NCBI GenBank assembly: GCA_052327205.1
Contig: CM126206.1
Coordinates: forward strand, 210,242,001 to 210,306,000
Length of the DNA: 64,000 nucleotides
Direction: 5' to 3'
DNA from: Somniosus microcephalus
Lineage: Eukaryota
Made by a program: the position numbers and the translations under genes. Of this stretch, positions 12,581 through 24,470 are shown in pieces. Position 1 is the stretch's first letter, and every line of letters starts with the position of its first letter. A model generated the notes under the pieces. That model made no database searches. It was not told the DNA's origin and worked only from the letters and a program-made list of their open reading frames with translations.

Positions 12581-14796
12581 GGGGTCAGCCATGCTTATCA
12601 GGGAGCTATAGAGTTCCCACGACCCTCTAATCTCACTGGTCAAATTAAGACGGATACTAATGAACCAGACCTGAGCATAACCCATTACCATCACTCGCCC
12701 TTTACTCCTAGCGAAGAAGTAATTAATTACCCTCCTTTCCTTGCGTCTGTTGGAGCTTGCTAAGAGAACGAGTTAAAGTGACTGGGATCAATTTCTGATC
12801 CATTTTATAACATTTGCAATCAAAATATTCTAATGCTAAGATTAATATAGGAAGATTCGATAAACATAATTAACTAAAACGTCAAAAATAAAATCACTGG
12901 TGTGATATATACAGACCAGTTTTTTAACTAAAATAATTCAACATCCATTATGGAGCCGGAAAAAACTACAATTAGTTCGCGCCTTCTAGCAGCCTTATTT
13001 CTCCTTTGCATAATATCAGATATAATGTAAGTTGAGCTTTTTATGTACTGTACTGCTTGATGCAAGCTATCTCGTGTATAAATTAAGTTAATTTTGGGTG
13101 TGGAACACTTTATTTTAAATGTCTGTTGAATATTGCAGTCTCACTCTGCTTGCGTGAAGCAACGGAAAACCTCATTCACGATTAAGATCGTGTGTGGTAT
13201 AATGTTCATAGTGTGTTGCATTTGAGCTTCATAAATTGACAAGAAGAAACGTTTCGGTCTAAAAGCGATAGTAAAACTTTATGTTGATACTATCCTCCAC
13301 TCAAGTGCCCAAAACAATATTAACAGATTATCATTTTACGATGACATAATTTTTAAACAGTTCACTGGGAGGGTGACGAGATGTTTGTTACTGCCTAGGA
13401 AGCATTTTTTTTACAGACTGGAGAAAGAGAAAATAAACCGATCATCCTTTCATGCTACCTTTATCGCCGAAACTTATAAAAGTCATCGAAGACTTTCAGG
13501 GGCAGTTGTGAACGAAGATGTGCAGATGTTTGTTTCGATATGTTTATACAGATAGCTGAAGCCAGTCCCAGCGGAGATAGTTTGTTTAAATATTCAGTGT
13601 CATAATGTAAATCCTACAAGCACCGGTGAATTGATTTTACAAGAATAATATTGGTTTATAAATACATTTTGCTGCTGCGTGTTGAAGTGCACCTTAAATA
13701 ATAAAATAGCCCATTCATTGAATATATACAATATGACGTTTCCCCAAGGTTACTGATTTATTAAGGTGGAGAGTACACTTTAATTAAAATACATTCATAG
13801 TAACAAAATAGAAAATTGTTCAGGAAATATATGCACCTGTATTTCCTGTAATACCTTTTAGCAAATTCTTTGTTTTCACATATATGTATGAAAATAACCA
13901 AATTAGGGATGACAATTCAAAGCAATAAACGGTAAGTAGCATCAAGATACGTTGATTTGTAGCACTTACGTCTAGCTTATCATTATAGTCTGTAAGAAAC
14001 CCCGACAGAAAACAATCTTTGTAAAACATACAGTCATCGACAACATTAAATATATCACTTATTATTTGGTATGTAACACGTATATGTAATGGAGTTACAG
14101 ATTGTAACAGAAAATAATGCCAATGCAAAAGATGTGTCGTTAAAGGAGAACAATAAATGATATGTGTCTATTCACGTCTCACAATTGCAAACATATGCAA
14201 TGCCTTATATTAAACTAACTTTGGTGTTTAGCTTTGACATTGTACTTGTTAAATGTATGAAAGATTGATTTCATATAGTGTGGACACCAGTTACATCACA
14301 AATTTGCAACAATCTCGTTTTCTAGTCTGTATTGATTCGTATGTCTTTAAATCTAATTGTATTTTATACCTACAAACTATGGGCTTTGGCATTTTGTCGT
14401 TTATAAAGGAATGCATATAAAACTTAGTATAATATTTGCATCTTGTGTGCGTTTATGAGTAGTGCAGACTTGAAGAGATACTTGTCTTTTATACATTTAA
14501 AACCTCATATAGAGCTTTAGGTAGCAGTTGTTTACCGAATTTTCATGATTTGAGATCATAGATTCAAATTACCTCAAAGCTGTCATCTGCACATTTATAG
14601 GTGTATTCGAAAAATGTATTTGCACTCATTGTACATATTTAACGCCTTTGAGGTTTTATCATAAAGTATCACTATGGAACTTTATATGCATTTAGTTAAA
14701 GCGATGAACGTTTTCTTCAGATATTAATAAAGTTGTACATAATATTAAATACAATGGAAATAATTGAATCGAATAATGGGGTATTCTCGTTTACAG

Positions 14797-14986
14797 CTCC
14801 GAGTGCTCATTCACCCTGGTCTGCCCACCCACGAGCTCAGTACAGACAGAGGAAGAAAAAAATCCAACATAGCAAACCCCAGACTGCAGAACTCGACCGC
14901 GCTTTCGAGGAAACCTGCTTTCTGACGCCTGAAATATGACAACAATGACAATAGCTGTTGCAAAACTGGGACTGTCAGAACAGCAG
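14797..14986 (+). pseudogene. Hoxa14: HoxA14 pseudogene exon 2 (homeodomain residues 1-44)
   Basis: Acceptor tttacag|14797 (phase 1). Translates to ..RQRKKKIQHSKPQTAELDRAFEETCFLTPEI*, with TGA at 14937-14939 falling at homeodomain position 31. An 8-nt excess then shifts the frame to KLGLSEQQ, ending at donor CAG|GTAAAT (14987). Confidence 0.88.
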
Positions 14987-15090
14987 GTAAATACGAGAAG
15001 ATTCCAAAGGAGAAATATTCCAGGCGGGCTCCAATATGTAATGAGCCTTATTTGACGGGAGTCCACTACAATAACATTTTCTCTTGATCG

Positions 15091-15160
15091 GTAAAAATCT
15101 GGTTTGAAAATCAGCATCAGAACAAGACTCATTCGCCGTCAGCAAACTGGAACAAATAAT
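15091..15160 (+). pseudogene. Hoxa14: HoxA14 pseudogene exon 3 (helix 3, VKIWFENQHQ...)
   Basis: Follows a 104-nt intron whose pyrimidine tract ends in a dead acceptor (ttttctcttgatCG). GTA AAA ATC TGG TTT GAA AAT CAG CAT CAG reads VKIWFENQHQ. An intron between homeodomain codons 44 and 45 is the hallmark of vertebrate Hox14. Confidence 0.88.
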
Positions 15161-18100
15161 TTAGTTGTGGGGTGCAGAGCTGAAACCGGACCTTTACAAA
15201 TAAATTATCTTTTTATGTAAATATTTTTGATAAATATTTACAAATGGCACCAAAAACGAGGAAGTGACGATGTAGTTTGGTTTAAAGCATGAAATAGGTC
15301 AATATTATTTTGAAGCAAATGTATTGCTATCGACTTGTTCTAAATAATTCAAATTAGAGGTAAATTTAGAATATAATAGAAAATATGCAAGGCTTTAAGT
15401 GTATTATTATATATTTCCGTTTTCTTTTATTTTGAATAAAAGGGTCAGTTGAATTTTGTTAGAATATATTTGTTAAAAGGTGTGTTTTTTTAACCTTTTA
15501 CAAAAATACCTCTTCTCACTAATGGTCTCATTATCTTTTAATAATGTCGGTGATAAGTATATTGCAACAGTTTCGTGAACAGTTATGGAAATACATTTGA
15601 ATTACTTTTTAACATGCAATTTTATTTTGCAATTATACCGTAAAAAATATACGCACTTATTGTGCATAATAAAGGTGATACAATCGAAAGCGTAAGGTGC
15701 CCTCACCAGTGTGAGAAGCCGAGTCAGATATGCACTCACAATTCAATGATGTCACTTACTCCAATTCAAGTACAGTATACTGTATTCTTAAATTGTAATT
15801 GATAATAAAAATAAACAACATTTTATATCGAATGATGGACTAACATTAGTAAATGTGAAAAACGAAGTCTGTTACTCTTTTAACCCATTGTCTGTGGACG
15901 TGTGGCATTGATCAATGGCAGCCAACACAAATACATATATGCAAAATATTTGTATATTGTTGTATTCTGAAACGGCTTGATAATTGAAATTATACAAACA
16001 CGCATGATATCTAGAGATGCCAAACCCAGTTCTCGTAAGTAACAAGTTGTTCTCCAAGGACATATACATCTACAGGGTCTGTCTCAGGCAGTTGGTCACT
16101 GGTACGGGTCATGAGGCAGCATTCACAATTATGATTGAATATACTCGAGATGTTTTATAATTATGAGATAGAAGGAGGAGAACCACTTCCTATCTGTAGT
16201 GTGGATATCTTTATTGATATGTATGTTATGATATTGTAAATTAAGCAATTCATGGACAGCGACATTGGTTAATCATTTTGATGGATCTCAGTCGGGCTCC
16301 AGGATAGTATTTCGAAATGTTTCAGGAAAGCAGCATGGAATGATTGACAGGATATGTTGGTTTGTGGAGTTGCCGGTTTTCATCTAATAACTGCACAAAT
16401 ATTCCAAATACGATTCGTAAGACCCATATGGTGAACAGGCTGTAATTTAACTGTTGTAGGAAAATGAGCATTGCAATAATACCTTATTGTGATTAATTGG
16501 CTAAGGTCTAGAAATAATTCTAACATAAGTAATAGATACATAATAGAGCAACACAAGAATAAAGAGTTTCTTTGTTGGTTTTGTCTAAGTCATTGCTTTG
16601 CGTTTTTTAACCTGCAGTGCTCGAAATTTGAAATACTGGTAGTTGCAGTGAATGAAGGACAGCTGATATTGGAATATGAGTGATGTAACTTATATGGCCT
16701 ATGTGGTAGAAAATCGGAAATCAAAACGACACCCACTAAATTAGCTATTTATCTTAATTATTAAATCGTTAAATATTATTAGTAAATATTCATCAACAAC
16801 TGAAGGGAACAAATAATAAAAATGTAAAATGTATGATAACATGATCGGTTTAAACACAGTTCCTGGAGTATGTGAATGTTATTTCCTTTTAAAGCGTATT
16901 AGGCTGGCAATCATGCAAAAGAGAAACTAAATAGCAACTTTGAGAACATATGCCATATAGGACCTTAAAATTGCCACAAAAGGGTTCTAGAAATGTTTCG
17001 AATGTAAAAATAACAAATGCACTCAAGTCAGCTTAGTTCTTTGACATGATAATTGGATTGTACACGAGGCACAATCTATGCTATAGTCTAAACGTATTTC
17101 ATAACATCCGCAAATAAAATGAACACAAAAATATTTTAAGTCTATGATACTCTTGGACGACGGCTTAAAATGTAGGGGCAAAGATCCAGTTTTAACAGCT
17201 TTACGGTTAATACATCCTTTCCATATTATTTGATGGCATATTTATGTTGAAAAATACTTTTTTTAAGCCGTATTGCGCCGAGGAATCACGACTGATAAAA
17301 TATTCAGAGACATTTGACTGGACCAACATGGAGATCTTCATTCAGAATGAAGAATTTGCGGATTAAAATACACAAGTTTCCTGGACCACGTAAATACTTT
17401 CATTAGGTGAAAATGGCAAATCATGATCTCGGTGATCCCCAAAAGCTTGTACACTTTAACCCTATGTTGATGCAATAAAACGAATCAAAATACGAATTCT
17501 CTTATTGGAGAACAACGCTTGGACATGTTTTAGGCCACATCAAATTATGAACCAATATGTACAACCGTGTATGTTCTCACTCAACTTGTTTGTAGTTTTA
17601 CCCCAGCGACCGTTTTGATTTCGGGCACACATAATGCGCACCTATGTAGTATTTATTCGCAATTTCAGCCCGGTAGAACAAAAAACTAGGTTGGTAACAT
17701 ACAGCAAATTAGGACGTCAAGTGCTTTAGCATGGATGTTCTGTAACACGTTTGAAAGTAAATATATTGATCTTATTAAACGAAATAGCAGACCATAATTA
17801 TAAAAGAGTTTATTTTATATTATAATTCTAAATATGGCTTTATAACGATTCGTGAGCATATCCGGAATGGCGGCGTACAGTACCTCTCTGGACAGTTACT
17901 TCTAAGGCGTGCATTTTTGCTCGTTGCCACAATGTAAGCTTCTCATTGGTGATGTACTAATCTGTAAATTGTTTGAAACCATATCTTGGCGATCACACCT
18001 GAGACCACAGTACGACCCTCAATACTTTGGCGTATTATTCATTAAGACAGTTGCCTTATCTTCTACAGAATGCCCCGACCTTTTCAAATAACATTGACGT

Positions 18101-18344
18101 GCCTCTAGTGCAGTCAGTTCAAAACAAGAAGTTTTGTAAACACTGCATTTAAACCGGATGCAATGCTATACAATTTGCAATGTATCTTAAAGCGACTGCA
18201 TCCATTTCACATCCTTTTGCCAACCATGCAGAAACAGCCTGGAAGTGAAGACGGTATGGTCAGTGGAATCTTTTTTTTATTTGGAGGGTTGTGAGTGGAA
18301 AACAAAAGAAAACAAACAAAACGGCAATGAAAAAGTCAATTCTC

Positions 18345-18520
18345 ACGGCTTGCCTTTATAAGAATTCAGACAGGGTCGTCAACGCGTGAATGACAGCACT
18401 CACATTGGCTAGACTGCAACTTTCAACTTGACCTTGGCCTTTAGCCGTGTCTAACCCGTATGTAAAAGAGCTGTCCATTTGGTTGCTGCCATTTTGTAGC
18501 ATAACCTACAATGTGGCCGT
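18345..18520. promoter_or_regulatory. Candidate conserved non-coding element upstream of Hoxa13 with CCAAT box and DR0-type nuclear receptor repeat
   Basis: ATTGG followed by TCAACT-TGACCT-TGGCCT (18423-18440) and a GCCATTTT YY1-like motif. Conservation is inferred, not tested. Confidence 0.5.
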
Positions 18521-19639
18521 TTGAATATGTAACAGTTTGCACTTATAACGCACACATCCCATAGCACAAGACTCTTTTAAAGTGGAAGGCACTCGAGGTT
18601 CTACCTATCACTTAAGTATGCAGCCGAATGTTTGCTTCAATTTAACATGTACTTTGTTGGGGGAGGGGCAGCGGTCTCTTAACTCAAGAATGGAGAATTA
18701 AATACGACGCCGTGTAAAGCAGTTGCTCAAATGCCTTTCAAGTTAAAACGTAATCCAAAACGACGCAGCCGTTGCCCATTTTTTCGTGTTTAATCTGATA
18801 ACTGGATATTTAAATGGAAAAACGTACACAATGAAATGTAGCGCATCTTCCGTGTATATTTTGAGTTAACGCTGCGGACACGGCTTTATTAACGATTAAC
18901 ATGGGAGAACTACGTGACAAAATGCTCTCCTTCAAAATATTCAACAACCAAAACTAAATCTAATAAGACCCTTTGTTTATAATGCACGGGGAAAGCAAGA
19001 TACACCAACTATATTAAATTCAAACTAAGGAGTTGAACCAACTAATAATCATGGGAGGAAGGCGAAGCATTGCCAGCCAGTGACAGATGTACTCGAGTAC
19101 CATTCATCTTATCAAATAATCATCACTGCAGTATAAACTGCACGAGAACCCATCGAATAGGTTGGTCATGGAACTGAAAGTGTAATCATTTAAGATCTAT
19201 TGAGAAAGTTTAATAAAATCCTGATTTGGCTTGTCATAATTTCGCTGCAGCGTTGTATGCTTTGAAATGATCGCAATATATTTGCACAATTATTATCCAG
19301 AAAACGGTGAACACTTTCAGTTGGTTTCCGAACGGGAGGATAACGTAGAAAATGTCTAGATACGGTGGAGAGGAGTTTTTAATCTTGCTATTTCATGGCA
19401 TGGTAGTCGACGGAGAATGTTTATATTCAACATAATTGGAATTGCAGCGTCTCTGTTTAAATGACGGTGGCCAGCAGCAGTGTTCCCAAATCACCGAGGT
19501 TCCGATCACTTCCAGTCCACATGTAAAGGAACGGCATGTAGCTGTTTCTCAAGCGATTATGATCTCAGTATTAGAATAGTGTGAGAAATACAGAAAAAAG
19601 AGAGCAAGAAAATAAAGGAAGAGAAAGTAAAAGAAAACA

Positions 19640-19692
19640 AGATAGAGAGAGAGATAGAGAGAGAGATAACGAGAGAGAGAAAGAGAGAGAGG
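19640..19692. repeat. Imperfect (GA)n microsatellite
   Basis: gatagagagagagatagagagagagataacgagagagagaaagagagaga. Confidence 0.9.
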
Positions 19693-21384
19693 AATTATAA
19701 AGAACAAAAAGGAGCATTTTAATAGAAAAATGATTGCTCTTAGCAGCTGCATCACTGCAGGAATTAGGTCCTGTGCCAGGAAAACAGGACAAACAAATTA
19801 CTGAAGCAAGCTTGACGCCTGATACGATATGGTTTCGATTCCACTTATCACAATATCTGATATATAATTAAGTGACTGAAATTGAATTAAAAGTCACCCT
19901 TTGTGACGACCCATGTCAACCAAATAGTATTGGCTACATTTTGCTCTCTTTATGCATTTTTACCAGCCACCCTTCCTCATTATGTGATATATGATTATAG
20001 TAGGACGGTATACCCCATGCTTTCCGCCTATTGCAGCAAGTTCATTCCAAATACATTTGTAATATAGTTGATATTTATCTATCAAATAACACTTTTAACA
20101 ATGTGCTAGATATTATAAAATAAATCGTCTTGATGGATTTTAGTACATTTAACAATGTGGTAGATATTATTAAATAATTCACATGTTATCCCTTTTCCAT
20201 GTATTTAAGTGCGCCAGATACTCATAAAACACATGTACTGATATTTCAATATGAAATCCAGTTATGTAAATACTATTCCTGCTCAAGGAATACACATTTT
20301 GTAGCAAGTTAACACGAATCGGCTGCATTAGCGGGGGGAGTAAGAAGGCTGACATTTATTTAAATACTTTTGTATCACGGCTGGCAAACGGCAAATAAAG
20401 AATTAGTGAATATCATTATCTGTCTTATAAATGTCCTTTGATCTCGATATATCTTTACTTGTGGCTGGCTAGAAATGTCGCGATTATTATAACAGGTAAA
20501 CACTTTAATTGGTCACTGCGAATGGAAATTCAAACTGACTTCATTACTCTATAAGATGAGTTCGAAAATGTAAAATGATTGATTTTACTGAGCTCTCCTC
20601 TAGTGTTTATTTTAGTTACAAATATTATATCCAGAGTGAAAAGATGCGTTTGCTCAAATATTTATCACATCTTATCAAATCTCGGCTGTGGAATAATTTT
20701 GGACTGTCCTTCGGCATTATTACTATTTGGTTTAACGAGTTATGTCATGAAGCAATACAAAGGTCAGACAGATGTTTCCTTTTCACCATCAAAATGCTGC
20801 TGCTACTTATTTCTTTAAATGTTATTTTCTTATTGGTTAAAAACACCTTGAGATTTTATGTATGTAGTGCAATTCAAAGAAGGCATAGCTCTAGCCCATC
20901 CTGATGCCAGGTTTTGCTCAATCGGTCACTGTTTTGACAGAAAGTACATTTTCATTGAGAAGAGATACAGATTATAAAAAGATGAATTGTAAAAACATCT
21001 CTGCAAAGGTAACTTCAACCGCGGCACAATAATCAAATGCACAAATATACAGCCACCGACATTTCAAATATTTTATGTCGTACAGCCTATAATTATGTGA
21101 ATTATTTATTTCGTTAAATGCAAAAGCCAACCGTTTTAGCTTTGTCTTGTTTTGTGTATGTGCAAAATATCGCCTTTTCCAGTCTGGTCATGCGTTTTCA
21201 TTTGCACCCACCTATGTGATGCCCATACATAACTGGTTTACTTTGTGCACCGCTGGTATTTTGTTATTTTGATAAATTTATTTTATTCCAATCACTCGTT
21301 CACGTAAATACCCAAACGTTGCTTTATTAGACTAATGGAGTATCTACCTTTTTATTCTTCAGATGTTTATCATCCACTTTGCAT

Positions 21385-21500
21385 ATCACGTGGTCAGCTC
21401 GCAGCCAATGAGGAGGCAACTTTCCGCGACATTGGCGCGTCGATGCTGCTAAGTCTGAGAGATTCAGTATCTCTTTTCAGTCTTGGGGGCTTTTAAAACG
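21385..21500 (+). promoter_or_regulatory. Hoxa13 proximal promoter: E-box plus CCAAT boxes
   Basis: CACGTG at 21387-21392, CCAAT at 21405-21409 and ATTGG at 21431-21435, all within 145 bp of the ATG. Confidence 0.65.
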
Positions 21501-21527
21501 GCCACTAGTCTCAATGTTGGACGTGAT

Positions 21528-22176
21528 ATGACAGCGTCAGTGATACTTCATCCCCGCTGGATCGACACGGTGATGTTCGTCTACGACAATAGTTTGGATG
21601 AAATTAATAAAAACATGGATGGATTTTCAGGAGGGAACTTCACAGCAAATCAATGCAGGAATTTGATGGCCCATCCAGCATCCCTAGCCCCCAGCTCTGC
21701 CTACTCGTCGAGTGAAGTGCCAGCCTCTGGCATTGCTGAACCTGTCAAACAGTGTAGTCCTTGTCCTGCTGTTCAAACTTCGTCCAGTGCTTCCCTTCCT
21801 TATGGATACTTTGGGAGCAGTTACTATCCCTGCCGAATGAGCCACCATAGCAGCATCAAGTCCTGTGCTCAGCCCTCCACCTTGTCTGGCTATCCTGCCG
21901 ACAAATATATGGACACGTCCGCCGGCGAGGAATTCACCTCCAGAGCCAAGGAGTTCGCTTTTTACCAAGGTTACGCGGGGCCATACCAGCCGATGCCCAG
22001 CTATTTGGACGTACCTGTGGTTCCCACCATCAGCGCTCCGGGAGAACCGAGACACGAAACATTATTACCCATGGAGAGCTACCAGCCCTGGGCAATTACC
22101 AATGGGTGGAACGGTCAAGTCTGCTGTTCAAAAGAGCAGCCCCAAGCTACGCACCTCTGGAAATCGAGCCTGCCAG
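21528..22176 (+). CDS. Hoxa13: Homeobox protein Hox-A13, exon 1
   Basis: [21 protein letters not shown]...QCRNLMAHP...KEFAFYQGY...[12 protein letters not shown]; donor G|GTAAGT at 22177 (phase 1). No polyalanine tracts. Confidence 0.97.
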
Positions 22177-22599
22177 GTAAGTATAGATAAAAAGCAACGC
22201 GCTTTCAATTATCTTGAGAAACGAGTTTAATGAAGGGAACAAAGCATTCTGATGTGTAAATACGTACGGGCACCTGGATAATATATAAAATAGATTAGAA
22301 TTAAGAAATTATATTCGTAATTCTCCAATACAAGTAATACTATATTATCATATGCTTTAATGTTTAGTGTATTGCCTAAATATTATTTTGCATGATTTTT
22401 CACAATTAACTCACAATTCTCACGCATTTTTCAAAATTATATTTTCTGCTATATAATTTATTGCAAAAGGTACAGTCTATATAACGTCTCCCGGGTGTGA
22501 TCTTGAACTTGACTCCGGCGACAGTGTCCGTTTTTAAACTTTTATTTGGTGGCAAGTGCTAAATGCCATGGATGGTAAGGTATGTTTTTCTCTTCACAG

Positions 22600-22844
22600 A
22601 CGTCGTTTCGCATCCTTCGGATGCGAGCTCTTTTCGGCGTGGAAGAAAGAAAAGAGTGCCTTATACCAAAGTGCAGTTGAAAGAACTTGAGCGGGAATAT
22701 GCTACCAATAAATTCATTACCAAGGACAAACGAAGGAGGATATCGGCATCAACGAACCTCTCTGAGAGACAAGTCACTATTTGGTTTCAAAACAGACGAG
22801 TCAAAGAAAAGAAAGTTCTTACCAAACTGAAAAGTAACAGCTAG
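22600..22844 (+). CDS. Hoxa13: Hox-A13 exon 2 (homeodomain)
   Basis: Acceptor tcttcacag|; [72 protein letters not shown]; stop TAG ends at 22844. The spliced product is 297 aa. Confidence 0.98.
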
Positions 22845-24371
22845 TGCGACAATTCCAGAAACGTTCGGACTTCTTTTGAAAATGTAAAAAAGAACTGATC
22901 TCAGCCTGGAGAAAAAAAATACCACCTCAGCTCATTTCTTGATGCTAGATTTTTTTTTCTTTCTGCCTGCACATTGCTTTAAAAAGAACAGAAACACACA
23001 AGTAAATATCTAAGAGAGAGATTGTATAAAAATGTTGTTAAAGCAAACTAATTATTCACCAAACGTAAATCAAACCCATTAATCAAGAATCTAGAGGGTT
23101 GCTATTTTTAAATGTAGTAAACATGCGGGGTAAATTGTTTAGTGCATATAAAATATATCACTTAAAAAGAATAAATGTACCAATTTGATTTATACAGTAC
23201 CTTCGCATAAACGTCATCAAAGCACCTGAAGAAAATGTGTATTGCTGAAAAAGGTTCTGGTTAATAAAGAAAACTAGAGTGCATGCTATTTTTTCCTCAG
23301 GTAAACCATGGGATATATCGTGAAATGTATAATAAAATGTATGTTTACGCACTACATTTTCTTTGGAAGGGATGCGCTATCTCTAAAGATATTAATGTAC
23401 AGGTAGAAGGAAGAATATATTCTAAACAGCAATGTATATGGGAAAGTAAATACGTACTATTCTAGGACTCTACATTTTGTCTTATGTATATATTTAGGAG
23501 CACCCACGCCTTTCGCAATTAAACAGCAAAGTAGATTGCCATTTTCTACAAACGGAGTAAAGATCTGTCTGCAAACATGGAAACCCCCCTCCCGTGTAAA
23601 TTAACTAAATATTAAGTCTTTTTTGTCTGCTTGTTATATTACCCACCTCACATAGGATTAGACTCCACGCAGACTTAAGGCGCATAGCTTCCTTCCTAAA
23701 GATGACAACATCTGTGTGCAATTGTATTTTTTTAAATACCGCATTGTATATCTGCTTGCACCTCTCCTGCTTAGTTAATATATACCAATTATAGTTACAA
23801 AATTAAATCACGAATGATAATCATGAAATTAAGATATGTCTTGCATTGCTATTATGCAGCTGTTTAATCTGTATACCCTATTCTCTTTATTCATCTAGTG
23901 AATTACTTGCATTAAAACAAATTATTTCACGAATAAAAAGGTCTTTATAAACAATAGCGTCGCATTTTTTGTTAAGAAACATGACGCCAGCTAAGAGATT
24001 TTAAAACGAAAATGTAGAGAATATGGGCCAAGTAGATTTGTTCTTGATGTCAGCTAGGCCATTTGTTTAAAATGCCTTGAAAACATGCTATCGTACTAAA
24101 GTTCTTAGAAATAATCAAGAAATTTGCTAAGAATAAAAGGTATCCGTGAATATTCCCTGCTGTTTTTAATTGAAAACATTACTACCAGGAAAAGTATCAC
24201 GATTATTACGATATAAACACTTTTTGGAAGTGGAATCCCTAAGTTTGTATATGAAAATATGCTGAAAGTTTAAAAGCATTAAGCATTAGAGTCTCCATAT
24301 TCTGATTGGAAATATACGCTCTGCTTTTGGTTTGTATATGGGGGCAGGGCGTTAGGAGAGGGGCTTAAACC

Positions 24372-24410
24372 TTGACCTTGACGAAAACAGATAGTCTTTG
24401 ACCTTGACGA
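24372..24410. promoter_or_regulatory. Paired TTGACCTTGACGA direct repeat (two TCAAGGTCA extended nuclear-receptor half sites)
   Basis: Identical 13-mers at 24372-24384 and 24398-24410. Confidence 0.6.
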
Positions 24411-24452
24411 TTAACAGCCTATGAATAGTCATGAAGTGTATTGGTAGAGCAA

Positions 24453-24470
24453 GTGCGCCATCTACTGTCA
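24453..24470 (-). promoter_or_regulatory. CTCF motif between Hoxa13 and Hoxa11
   Basis: Minus strand TGACAGTAGATGGCGCAC versus consensus CCASYAGRKGGCRSY (1 mismatch). Confidence 0.7.

Noticed and set aside
18097-18115. Weak CTCF-like motifs (here, about 32891 and about 40389)
   Set aside because: Two or more mismatches at core positions. The plus-strand 40389 site would need a scan, since it could complicate the orientation pattern.
20094-20177. 30-bp near-identical direct repeat with 54-bp period
   Set aside because: Only two copies; an ordinary local duplication, not an array.
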